A model generated the notes under the pieces. That model ran no database searches. It worked only from the letters and a program-made list of their open reading frames with translations, and was not told the origin of the DNA. Shown in pieces: positions 1 through 7,935 of a stretch of DNA of 46,614 bases. The stretch's first letter is position 1; each line of letters starts with the position of its first letter. Both the position numbers and the translations under genes were made by a program. This DNA comes from Bacteroidota bacterium (GTDB taxonomy: Bacteria > Bacteroidota > Bacteroidia > Bacteroidales > VadinHA17), in NCBI GenBank assembly GCA_037446375.1, contig JBBIIS010000002.1, forward strand, positions 8,276 to 54,889. Reading direction: 5' to 3'.

Positions 1-31
1 ATGCGGTAGTCAGAATACGCTTTTTTTTCAT
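1..31 (-). CDS. 5' end of a gene running off the left edge (MKKKRILTTA...)
   Basis: ATG at 31..29 on the minus strand, followed by an open frame to position 1. The Lys-rich start is typical of a signal peptide. Only 10 codons are visible. Confidence 0.2.
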   Translation of the reverse strand, partial: MKKKRILTTA

Positions 32-128
32 GTTGATTAGTTTTAGTCAACACTCAACAAGAGAAAACATCTTATTGTTCAATAATTTATGATCTTTACT
101 TATCAAGACTATGATTTCCTGAACAGGT

Positions 129-1027
129 TCAGTCAGCTAAATTCTGCTGCCGGCTTACAAGGAATACACCGGCAAATATCAGACAGGCCGAGAATACCTT
201 CAGTATATTAATGCTATCCTGCCCGATCATTGAAGCGACAATTGCAGCAACTATAGGCTGGGTGTATGTATATCCGCTTACAATTGTGGGGCTCAGTCTT
301 TTGAGGCCAAAGGTGATAAGCAGGTAGCCTAAGTAGGTAGCAAAAATCACCCTATCCCGGTCCATGCATGAAATGGGATCGACGTCCAATCCATCGTGCT
401 CCATTCCCGATATCCTGCGGGAATATTTGTGAGCATTCCAAAAGTGAATACCCACTTCATTACTGTAACAGGTTTATATTTCTCCAGCATTTTCTTTATC
501 AGTACCGTGAAGAGCGCCCAGCTGAGGGTATTAATAAGCGTGAAAATATTTCCGACGAAAGTAGTGCTGCTCAGATCGGGACGTCCTTCATGAAGTATAA
601 GAAGCAGTATCCCTGAAAGTCCCACTGCAAGCCCTGCTCCACGAACCAGTGATATCTTTTCCCTGAGGATTATTGCAGCAAAGACAAAGGCTGCAACGGG
701 GTTGATAGCCATAATTATTGATGAGTTTATGGGAGTGGTCAGGGCAAGTCCGGCAAGAAACAGGATCTGGTTAATAACAACACCAAGAAAAGAGCATCCG
801 AAGAGGTAAAAGAGATCACGTTTGCTGACTTTTTCGTAGGGAAAAAAGAAGCTTGTCAGCCAGAAAAGACTGGCAGTAATGATGCTCCTGAAGGAGACAA
901 GCGCCAAAGGCTTGATCCAGAGCGGCATTACAGCTTTGGCAATAGTAAAATTCAGCCCATAGATAATATTGGCTGCAAGCAGGGCAAGATGTGCGTATGT
1001 TCTGTAAAAAGACTTTTGCATCCTCAT
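129..1027 (-). pseudogene. EamA/DMT-family transporter split by a 1-nt frameshift
   Basis: ORFs 347..1027 (226 aa) and 129..455 (108 aa) are both polytopic and EamA-like. The first ends ...FHAWTGIG-stop (TGA, 349..347). The second reads ...DRDRVIFATYLGYLLITFGLKRL in the adjacent frame. One extra base in the CCC run at 350..352 would give a continuous ...AWTGIGVIFATYLGYLL.... Confidence 0.65.
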
Positions 1028-1038
1028 TAATGAAGATG

Positions 1039-1046
1039 CAAAAGTA
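1039..1046 (-). promoter_or_regulatory. Bacteroidetes-type -7 box (TACTTTTG on minus strand) upstream of the EamA gene
   Basis: Exact match to the TAnnTTTG -7 consensus, 11 nt upstream of the ATG at 1027. This implies a very short leader. Confidence 0.35.
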
Positions 1047-1119
1047 AAAAATCCCCGTTTTGGTGCAATACCTGCTTTAAATTCGGCAGACTTTAAGCTT
1101 AATCATCTTACCTCGCCTG

Positions 1120-1449
1120 CTATCTGCCAGACAGTTCAATCGATATTTCTTTTTTTGATCCTGTTTTTAACACAAGAAGTTTTTCAGGGGATTTCAAATC
1201 TCCTGATAGAGCATGAATTCTCATAACACCGGGAGATATTCCTTTTATCTCAAATTTTCCACGCTTGTCCGCACTCACCTCTTCAACTTTTTCTCCATCC
1301 TGTGTTGTGACTATTACAGTGCATGGTTTTGCAGGAAGTTCTCCTTTCATAAGAATTTTTCCGGAAACATCAGCACTTCCCATCCTGATGACCAGTGTGA
1401 CCCCTCCAATAAGAGTCTGGTTTGGTGGTATGTTAAGTCTTTGGGCCAT
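1120..1449 (-). CDS. small CarboxypepD_reg-like (carboxypeptidase regulatory-like beta-sandwich) protein; start uncertain
   Basis: ...DVSGKILMKGELPAKPCTVIVTTQDGEKVEEVSADKRGKFEIKGISPGVMRIHALSGD... fits the CarboxypepD_reg pattern. Candidate starts are ATG 1449 (102-nt overlap with the upstream ORF), ATG 1383 (37-nt overlap) and ATG 1350 (ATGA start/stop overlap with the TGA at 1349..1347). Confidence 0.45.
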   Translation of the reverse strand: MAQRLNIPPNQTLIGGVTLVIRMGSADVSGKILMKGELPAKPCTVIVTTQDGEKVEEVSADKRGKFEIKGISPGVMRIHALSGDLKSPEKLLVLKTGSKKEISIELSGR

Positions 1450-3155
1450 TTATGCCGTGTATTTCTATTGCCTTCGACTGTTATGGGAAAATTAAGAACA
1501 ACATCCTCCTTAAGAGAGAATATATCAGTTGTAAGTAATTCCAGTTCTATGGAGGCGGCTTTTCCGGCGGCAAGGTCAGTCGTAAATCCGTGGATTTTAT
1601 TCTGCCCTTTAACAGGAAGCGCGATTGGTAATTTCTTTTTATCCCTGACAAAAGTGAAGTTTGTCTTTACCATATCAGAAATCTTCAGAATATCCCGGGG
1701 CACCATGAAGGTGAGCCGGGCAGGAACTTTCAAAGGATTCTGCATGAAGAAAGGAACTTTTTTCCCCTTGCCTGAACCATTCGACAGAGATTTTGTCGTC
1801 ACCCAGATATCGATATTCCTCTGTGCCTCATCGTCCATTCCAAGAATGTCCCATATGCTAAAATCTATGGGATTTAAATCGTACAACTTGGCTTTCCCCC
1901 TGAGGCATCTGTGGTTTGTGTTTGTAAAATGGATATGATCAAAAAGATGTTCAAAGGATCTTATGATGGTTCCGTCGTTAATTTGTACCGGAGAATCGCA
2001 TGGCACCGGACACAGAATCCCAGCCATGTCGGTATCCGTAACTGTATATTCATCACTGTTGCCGGTGCCCGAGCATCCTGAGAGAAATACAATGCCGCCA
2101 ACCTGGAACTTTCTCACCGGATGAGTTCCATGATTCCTTACACATACATTAATGAAATTATTATAGTCAGCGGTTGTGTCAACTACATATTCAGACTCAG
2201 GATTGTCCATACTGCTCTCAAGAAAGTCGGGAGCCACATCAGGATGTGAAAGATATACATCAGGGCTGATCCAGTAGGTCGGACTCCCATCCCTTATCAG
2301 GAACTGGGGCTTTCCCAGATAGTGCTTCTCAGTTCCCTGAAATTTGTACTGGGCCGTTCCTGTAATAGCCGGTGTCTGGCTGGTGACGAACACGAGAGCC
2401 TTCTCCAGGGAGATCATATTATCCGTAACATCATCGTTTGGCGCAGGCAGTTCATCTGCGAACTTTCCTGCATAAATTCCAGATGGCGATGCCTGCATCT
2501 GAAGGGCCTTTACCCAATGGTATGTCATTTCACTACCGTCTGAAGGAGTTGCTGCGGTGGTCTCGCTTCCCTGGCAGGAATAAGTCATACTTCCGTCAGG
2601 GAATATATTGATCCACATATTATCATAAAAACCTCCTGAATAGTTCTGCTGCATCACTAACTGAAAATGGCAGTATGTAAAAAAGTCAGGATTGGTGATC
2701 AGCAGAGAGATCAGATCGAGTGTTCCAAGGGGGATATCAGAAACTCCGTCATTCCCGATAACTACCTGGTAGTCCGCGCTGTTATTTGTTCCGACTCCTG
2801 TAAAATAGACTAAACCGGTATTCATGTCCCCTGCTTTCCTGCTGTTCTTGAATGGATCTGCCAGTGAAGAAGCAGGTACCGGAGGAGAGCTTGCTGCTGT
2901 TATGAACTGGTTGAAAAGAGTATTAAATGTGCTCATTGCAGTTGCATCGCCGGAAAGAGTGAATATCCTTCCTGCCGGGACACCGGCCGGTACGGCTGAA
3001 TTATTCCCGAGCACAATCCATATATGCTCATCGGGGTAACCATAATAGTATCGGATGGTCCTGTAGACATTCCCGATATCTTTCAGATATCTCGGAGAGG
3101 TGTCTCCTGAGACAAGTATGGCATACTTGTCTAAAGAAAGAAGTGATACGGCCAT
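1347..3155 (-). CDS. hypothetical 602-aa protein; N-terminal legumain/C13 (clan CD)-like fold apparently lacking the His/Cys dyad, followed by beta-sandwich-like regions
   Basis: - No signal peptide (MAVSLLSLDKYAILVSGD...).
- By eye, YAILVSGDTSPRYLKDIGNVYRTIRYYYGYPDEHIWIVLG aligns to legumain [44 protein letters not shown].
- LVYFTGVGT sits where FIYFTDHGS (catalytic His) lies.
- LVMQQNYSGGF sits where the ...QCYSGGF/EACESG (catalytic Cys) motif lies.
- It lies 17 nt downstream of the fibre gene. Confidence 0.6.
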   Translation of the reverse strand: MAVSLLSLDKYAILVSGDTSPRYLKDIGNVYRTIRYYYGYPDEHIWIVLGNNSAVPAGVPAGRIFTLSGDATAMSTFNTLFNQFITAASSPPVPASSLADPFKNSRKAGDMNTGLVYFTGVGTNNSADYQVVIGNDGVSDIPLGTLDLISLLITNPDFFTYCHFQLVMQQNYSGGFYDNMWINIFPDGSMTYSCQGSETTAATPSDGSEMTYHWVKALQMQASPSGIYAGKFADELPAPNDDVTDNMISLEKALVFVTSQTPAITGTAQYKFQGTEKHYLGKPQFLIRDGSPTYWISPDVYLSHPDVAPDFLESSMDNPESEYVVDTTADYNNFINVCVRNHGTHPVRKFQVGGIVFLSGCSGTGNSDEYTVTDTDMAGILCPVPCDSPVQINDGTIIRSFEHLFDHIHFTNTNHRCLRGKAKLYDLNPIDFSIWDILGMDDEAQRNIDIWVTTKSLSNGSGKGKKVPFFMQNPLKVPARLTFMVPRDILKISDMVKTNFTFVRDKKKLPIALPVKGQNKIHGFTTDLAAGKAASIELELLTTDIFSLKEDVVLNFPITVEGNRNTRHKWPKDLTYHQTRLLLEGSHWSSGWEVLMFPEKFL

Positions 3156-3172
3156 AATCTGATTTTTAAATG

Positions 3173-5221
3173 TTATTTATTTTGATTGAGTGAAACCGAT
3201 TTAAGAGATTCAATTTCGTTTTTCAATTCACTATTTTTTGTGATCAGTTCCTTTACTATCTTCATGAGGTCGTCGGTTGTTTTCAAATATTCTTCCATCT
3301 GCTTATGCTGCTCCTTGAATGCTTCTACAAGCAAAGCGGTAACAGGAGCATATTGCATATCGTACGACGCGCCGGAATGCCCGACAACCTCCGGAATAAC
3401 ATCCTTTGCTTCCTGTGCTATAAATCCTAAATGCCTGGTATTATCCCTGTTCAGGCTGTCCTTCCAGTAGAAAGTGACACCCCTCAGATCAAGAACTTTC
3501 TGCATCGGATCTCGGATTGTTTCAACTTCCTTTTTCAACCTGAGGTCGCTGTCATTCCACCATGCACCGGTTCCACCGGCCGAGCCATTAACAAATAATG
3601 TCCGACTGTTGATATTATTTGTCGAGTTGCCATTTACCACAACTCTTCTGTTCTGGAAATCACCCCAAAGCAGAGGTGAAGCGGTATTGGTTATGTCAAT
3701 ATAAAGCCTGAAGGATCCGGTTTCAGCCTGACCGGCCTGGTTACCGATAAAGATATTACTGGCGCCTGTCTGGTTCGATGACCCTGCAGAGAAACCGACG
3801 AAAGTGTTATTATCGCCGCTGTTATGGAAACTGCCGCTGGCACAGCCTACAAAGACATTTTTATTTCCGGTGCTGTTTGCAGTGAGACCCATTCCGCTGT
3901 TGTAGCCAATGTAAGTATCCTGAAACCCGGTCTGATTATTTTTTCCTGCCTGAAAACCGAGCATTGTGTTACTGTTCCCTGATGTATTCAGCAGGCCCGT
4001 CTGGTAACCAAGAAATGTATTATACTGACCCGAATTATTAGCCTTACCGCTCTCATTTCCGATGAATATATTGAAATCGGCATTGTTATTAAGGCCTGAC
4101 TGATGACCGATAAAGACATTTTTCTTTCCGTTAATATTATTGTAGCCGGCCTGGTATCCCATAAAGGAGTTGAATTTACCAAGGTCGCCAGCTCCCGGAG
4201 TCGTTTTCAAACCACTTTCCTGCCCTATAAAGTAATTGAGCGGGCTCATTTTCAAATAGCTCTGCGAAATACCGGATTTTAGGTTTCCAACGCCAAATCC
4301 TTTCAATGAATCTGTTGTAAAGATCCTGGTCGAATCCATTGTTACCCTGAGGTACTGCTTTGTGCCCTTTGCGGTACTGAAACCGCCGATTGCAAAGCCG
4401 CCCTTCACGGCCTTGGTAGGGTTATCATCTATATAGATCCTTACGCTGTCGCGTGTGACCCTAAGGTACTGCTCCTTTCCGCCCTTTGTCCTGTCAAAGC
4501 TTCCGATCGCGAATCCTCCCTTTACAGCCTTGGCACCTGTTGAATCAATATATGCCCTGATGCTGTCGTTCGTTACAACAAACAGATCCTGAGGCGTAGA
4601 CTTCGACTTGTCGAAGCCTCCGATTGCAAAACCTCCCTTTACACCCTTTGTCGGGTCACCATTATCAATGTTTATCCTGACTCCTTCGGGATATACGGCA
4701 AAGACCACTAATCCATCCTTGTTTTTTACCTCAAATAGAGCCTCTCCATAATCAGTCGTTGTTCCTGCAATAGATAGCTTTTTGACAGGGCCTGACAGAT
4801 TATCGGCTACCATTGCAAAAGGAACTGTCCATATCTTCGATGTTCCCATATTCATATATGTAGTTGGATTTGCAATTTTTACTCCTGCAAATTTAGGCCC
4901 TGTTGACCAGTCGATAAGGTTGAAAGAGGTAAGAGATCCTCCCACTTTAGTCCCGGTACCAAGTGCCAGGGTAAAAGAGCCGAACTGGTTGGTCATTACA
5001 TTTAGAAACTCCTCTTCCCAGAGATACACTCCAGCTCCGGTTGCCTTGAAGCCAGTTGTGTCAGTCAGGATTGAAAGTCTTACCTTCAGGGATTTGTTTG
5101 CAATGGGATACCCATCAACGTCTCTGGCAACCGCCTGGTAACTGAAACCCTGTGGTACCTGCGAAGACAAAAGATAAAAGGAAAAAGACAAGAGTGCTGA
5201 AAAAATTAGTTTTGCTTTCAT
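3173..5221 (-). CDS. secreted fibre protein ('tail fiber domain-containing protein') with C-terminal Peptidase_S74 intramolecular-chaperone autoprocessing domain
   Basis: - Signal peptide MKAKLIFSALLSFSFYLLSSQ.
- Three roughly 39-aa KAVKGGFAIGGF...RVTxDSxRIYID repeats.
- About ten 14-15-aa N-x-F-[ILV]-G-x-x-[AS]-G-x-x-N repeats, which look beta-helix/fibre-like.
- C-terminal ...NDSDLRLKKEV...LRGVTFYWK...LGFIAQEAKDVIPEVV...YDMQYAPVTALLVEAFKEQ, i.e. the S-D-x-R-x-K Ser/Lys autocleavage motif and S74 core, followed by a coiled-coil tail. Confidence 0.85.
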   Translation of the reverse strand: MKAKLIFSALLSFSFYLLSSQVPQGFSYQAVARDVDGYPIANKSLKVRLSILTDTTGFKATGAGVYLWEEEFLNVMTNQFGSFTLALGTGTKVGGSLTSFNLIDWSTGPKFAGVKIANPTTYMNMGTSKIWTVPFAMVADNLSGPVKKLSIAGTTTDYGEALFEVKNKDGLVVFAVYPEGVRINIDNGDPTKGVKGGFAIGGFDKSKSTPQDLFVVTNDSIRAYIDSTGAKAVKGGFAIGSFDRTKGGKEQYLRVTRDSVRIYIDDNPTKAVKGGFAIGGFSTAKGTKQYLRVTMDSTRIFTTDSLKGFGVGNLKSGISQSYLKMSPLNYFIGQESGLKTTPGAGDLGKFNSFMGYQAGYNNINGKKNVFIGHQSGLNNNADFNIFIGNESGKANNSGQYNTFLGYQTGLLNTSGNSNTMLGFQAGKNNQTGFQDTYIGYNSGMGLTANSTGNKNVFVGCASGSFHNSGDNNTFVGFSAGSSNQTGASNIFIGNQAGQAETGSFRLYIDITNTASPLLWGDFQNRRVVVNGNSTNNINSRTLFVNGSAGGTGAWWNDSDLRLKKEVETIRDPMQKVLDLRGVTFYWKDSLNRDNTRHLGFIAQEAKDVIPEVVGHSGASYDMQYAPVTALLVEAFKEQHKQMEEYLKTTDDLMKIVKELITKNSELKNEIESLKSVSLNQNK
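3713..4174 (-). repeat. about 10 tandem 14-15-codon NxF[ILV]GxxxGxxN repeats inside the fibre gene
   Basis: Residues about 350-503: FMGYQAGYNNINGKKNVFIGHQSGLNNNADFNIFIGNESGKANNSGQYNTFLGYQTGLLNTSGNSNTMLGFQAGKNNQTG...NIFIGNQAGQAETGS. Confidence 0.75.
4331..4681 (-). repeat. three tandem repeats of about 117 nt (about 39 aa) inside the fibre gene
   Basis: The DNA motif cc(g/t)ccgat(t/c)gc(a/g)aa(g/t/a)cc(g/t)ccctt(c/t)ac recurs near 4383, 4500 and 4618. The protein units are VRINIDNGDPTKGVKGGFAIGGF.., IRAYIDSTGAKAVKGGFAIGSF.. and VRIYIDDNPTKAVKGGFAIGGF... Confidence 0.8.
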
Positions 5222-5331
5222 ACTTTGGATATTTAGAATTTAGAATATCAGCAGATTGGGTATGAAAGTTATGCCAAAATATAAAACGAGTCAAGTTTAT
5301 TTTGACATTCAGGATCAAAGGCCATAAGACC

Positions 5332-6468
5332 TTATGAAAGCCTGTTTCTGTAATCTTCGTAAGTAAATCTTTTAAGGAGCCTGAATTTCCCGTCAAGGGT
5401 CCATATTCCGATTGAAGGATGCTGAACCCCGTTAAAAGTAGTGGTCTTGACCATCGTGTAATGGATCATGTCCCAGAATATCACCCGGTGACCGGGTTTC
5501 AGTTCCGACACAAAGGTCCAGTCTCCGATGAAGTCGCCTGAAAGGCATGAATTGCCTCCAAGCCTGTACCTGAAGCCCTCATTATTTTTTTCATCTAGAT
5601 TAACAATTTTTGGCTTATATGGCATTTCAAGACAATCGGGCATATGAGCGGTAAATGATACGTCAAGCATTGCGGTACGGATTCCCTGATTCTCAACTAT
5701 ATCTTCGACCGTGGAGACAAGTTCTCCGGTTTCCCACGCAAAGGCACTTCCCGGTTCGAGTATCAGATGCAATCCCGTTCTCTCCCTGAAGCTTCTGAGC
5801 AGATGAATAAGATGGTTGGTGTCATATTCTTTTCGTGTCATTAAATGGCCGCCACCCATATTTATCCACTTGAGCCGGGGAAAGAATTTTCCGAAATTCT
5901 TTTCCACAACCTTTAGTACTTTCTCAAGAACAAATGAATCATTCTCAAACAATACATGAAAATGCAAGCCTTCAATTCCGTCAGGAAAATCTTTTTCAAG
6001 CGCCTCAGCTGTCACCCCAAGTCTTGACCCTGGTGAACATGGATTATATAATCCGTGGCTAATCTCAGAGAATTCAGGATTAATTCTTATTCCGGCTGAT
6101 ATCCCTTTTCGTTTTTCACTTATAAGGGGGAAGAACTTTTTATACTGAGCAAGCGAATTGAATGTAATATTTGAGCTATATTCTGCTATAAGATCAAACT
6201 CCGACTCTCTGAAAACCGGACAGTAAGTATGGGCTTTTGATCCCATTTCCTCAAAACAGAGGCGGGCCTCACTAACTGAACTTGCTGCAGCCCCCGAAAC
6301 ATATTCTTTAAGGATATCAAATACCCCCCACATGGCAAATCCCTTGAATGCGAGTATGATCTCGGCCCCGGATTGATCAGATACGTGCCTTATAAGCTCA
6401 AGATTCCTGCGGAATCGCTCTTCTTCTATCACAAAGCAGGGTGATGGTATTTTGCTATAGTCTATCAA
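5332..6468 (-). CDS. nspC: carboxynorspermidine/carboxyspermidine decarboxylase
   Basis: The 378-aa protein matches NspC along its whole length from memory (IPSPCFVIEEERF..., ...GGNSCLSGDFIGDW..., C-terminal FTYEDYRNRLS). The first codon is TTG (6468..6466) and there is no nearby in-frame ATG. Confidence 0.85.
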   Translation of the reverse strand: MIDYSKIPSPCFVIEEERFRRNLELIRHVSDQSGAEIILAFKGFAMWGVFDILKEYVSGAAASSVSEARLCFEEMGSKAHTYCPVFRESEFDLIAEYSSNITFNSLAQYKKFFPLISEKRKGISAGIRINPEFSEISHGLYNPCSPGSRLGVTAEALEKDFPDGIEGLHFHVLFENDSFVLEKVLKVVEKNFGKFFPRLKWINMGGGHLMTRKEYDTNHLIHLLRSFRERTGLHLILEPGSAFAWETGELVSTVEDIVENQGIRTAMLDVSFTAHMPDCLEMPYKPKIVNLDEKNNEGFRYRLGGNSCLSGDFIGDWTFVSELKPGHRVIFWDMIHYTMVKTTTFNGVQHPSIGIWTLDGKFRLLKRFTYEDYRNRLS

Positions 6469-6491
6469 TTTATCCGGGAGATATAATAAAG

Positions 6492-7685
6492 CTATAACTC
6501 AAGATCAACGTCGTGAAGTTCAACCCATGGAAGTCCATTTAGATTGAGCTGCTCCATGAATGGATCGGGGTCAAACTCTTCCACATTATAAACACCAGGC
6601 TTTTTCCAGAGTCCCTTCATATACATCATCGCACCTATTACTGCAGGCACCCCGGTTGTATAGCTCACTGCCTGAGCTCCTGTTTCGGCATATGCTGCCT
6701 CATGACTGCAGTTATTATATACATAATATGATTTTTCTTTCCCGTTCTTTGTTCCTTTTATCCGGCATCCTATAGAAGTTTCTCCCTTGTAGTTCTCTCC
6801 AAGTTCCCCGGGGTCAGGAAGAACAGCTTTAAGGAACTGAATAGGTATAATTTCGCGCCCTTCAAAAAGGACTGGTTCTATTCCTGCCATTCCTATGTTC
6901 TGGATCACCCTCAGATGTGTAAGATATTCCTGTCCGAATGTCATCCAGAATCTTGCCCTTTTAAGAGACGGGTAGTTCTTTACTAGCGATTCCAGCTCCT
7001 CATGATATATGAGATATGATTCTTTTGGTCCTATATTTGGATAATTGAGCGGTTTGTGAATTGCATGAGGCTTTGTATATACCCATTTCCCGTTCTCCCA
7101 ATATCTCCCTTTCTGCGTCACCTCCCTGATATTTATCTCAGGATTGAAATTTGTTGCAAAGGGCTTACCATGATCACCGGCATTGCAGTCAACAATATCA
7201 AGATACTCTATTCTGTCAAAATGATGCTTAACTGCATACGCTGTAAATACGGAGGTCACTCCGGGGTCGAATCCGCATCCGAGGATCGATGTGATTCCGG
7301 CCTTTTTAAATCTGTCTGCATATGCCCATTGCCATGAATACTCATATTTTGCCTCCTCGAGAGGTTCATAGTTTGCAGTATCGAGATAAGAAGTGCTTGT
7401 CACTAGACATGCATCCATTATATGAAGATCCTGATAAGGTAGAGCAACGTTTACGACAAGATCAGGTTTGAATGATCTGATGAGGCTTGCAAGCTGAGGA
7501 ACATTATCAGCATCAACCCGGGCCGTTGAAACATGCTTTTTGCCAATGCGTGCCGCAATAGCGTCGCATTTGGATTTAGTTCGGCTGGCAAGCATGATCT
7601 CACTGAAAACATCCGGCATTGAAGCCATTTTATGGACAACAACTGTTCCGACTCCCCCGGCGCCAATTACTAATACTTTTCCCAT
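6492..7685 (-). CDS. carboxynorspermidine synthase/dehydrogenase (saccharopine dehydrogenase family)
   Basis: - Rossmann motif MGKVLVIGAGGVGTVV at the N-terminus.
- Size (about 397 aa) and adjacency to nspC fit this enzyme.
- ATG 7685 is preferred over the track's TTG 7757, because a TAnnTTTG box overlaps that TTG. Confidence 0.8.
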   Translation of the reverse strand: MGKVLVIGAGGVGTVVVHKMASMPDVFSEIMLASRTKSKCDAIAARIGKKHVSTARVDADNVPQLASLIRSFKPDLVVNVALPYQDLHIMDACLVTSTSYLDTANYEPLEEAKYEYSWQWAYADRFKKAGITSILGCGFDPGVTSVFTAYAVKHHFDRIEYLDIVDCNAGDHGKPFATNFNPEINIREVTQKGRYWENGKWVYTKPHAIHKPLNYPNIGPKESYLIYHEELESLVKNYPSLKRARFWMTFGQEYLTHLRVIQNIGMAGIEPVLFEGREIIPIQFLKAVLPDPGELGENYKGETSIGCRIKGTKNGKEKSYYVYNNCSHEAAYAETGAQAVSYTTGVPAVIGAMMYMKGLWKKPGVYNVEEFDPDPFMEQLNLNGLPWVELHDVDLEL

Positions 7686-7754
7686 ATCTGTGATTAAATC
7701 ATTATGAAAAACATAACCGTTCTTATCACTTAACGGCAAACCGTTAAAGCTCAC

Positions 7755-7762
7755 CAAATATA
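7755..7762 (-). promoter_or_regulatory. -7 box TATATTTG (minus strand) for the polyamine operon
   Basis: Exact TAnnTTTG match, 70 nt upstream of ATG 7685. Confidence 0.4.
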
Positions 7763-7910
7763 AGAATTTATAAAATCAACAATGCACCCTCAAATGAAAT
7801 CGGAGAACAATATTTGAAATTACCTTCTTCAACACAGTAATTGTCAGTCTGCTACAATTCGCACCAGGGTTTTTATATCCTATAATGTAAGGCGTACATA
7901 AATAAGTATA

Positions 7911-7918
7911 TATCTTTG
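7911..7918 (+). promoter_or_regulatory. -7 box TATCTTTG for trkH
   Basis: Exact TAnnTTTG match, 18 nt upstream of ATG 7936. Confidence 0.4.
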
Positions 7919-7935
7919 TGACCAACTAAACAATT

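Noticed and set aside
1213-1938. 241-aa plus-strand ORF (also 1265..1495, 2322..2543 and 2824..3039) antisense to the 602-aa gene
   Set aside because: It lies entirely within a longer ORF that has recognisable domain signatures on the other strand. The translation is low-complexity and Ser/Phe/Cys-rich with no motif, so it is a typical shadow ORF.
1120-5221. Prophage remnant, suggested by the S74 'tail fiber' domain
   Set aside because: No capsid, tail, baseplate, terminase, integrase or lysis gene lies nearby. The protein has a Sec signal peptide, and the flanks are housekeeping genes. It is more consistent with a host surface fibre that uses the same chaperone domain.
3173-5221. T9SS C-terminal sorting domain on the fibre protein, the 602-aa protein or the 109-aa ORF
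   Set aside because: The C-termini do not show the conserved T9SS CTD pattern as I recall it. The fibre ends in an S74 domain plus a coiled coil, and the small ORF looks like a CarboxypepD_reg domain. I cannot exclude it without an HMM search.
7686-7750. Mutually exclusive 5-bp hairpins (AACGG/CCGTT/AACGG) and a 6-codon uORF (MFFIMI) in the leader of the polyamine operon, as a possible polyamine-responsive switch
   Set aside because: The stems are only 5 bp, there is no convincing T-run, and nothing resembles a known riboswitch. This is too weak to call without comparative data.
7686-7757. N-terminal extensions in the ORF track that begin at TTG (7757, 11553, 19435, 20366)
   Set aside because: In each case a downstream ATG gives an N-terminus matching the family consensus (MGKVLVIGAGG, MIKDELL..., MAENSSILVADSGS, MKSKVD...TESPSN). 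For 7757 and 19435, a TAnnTTTG promoter box lies inside the proposed extension.
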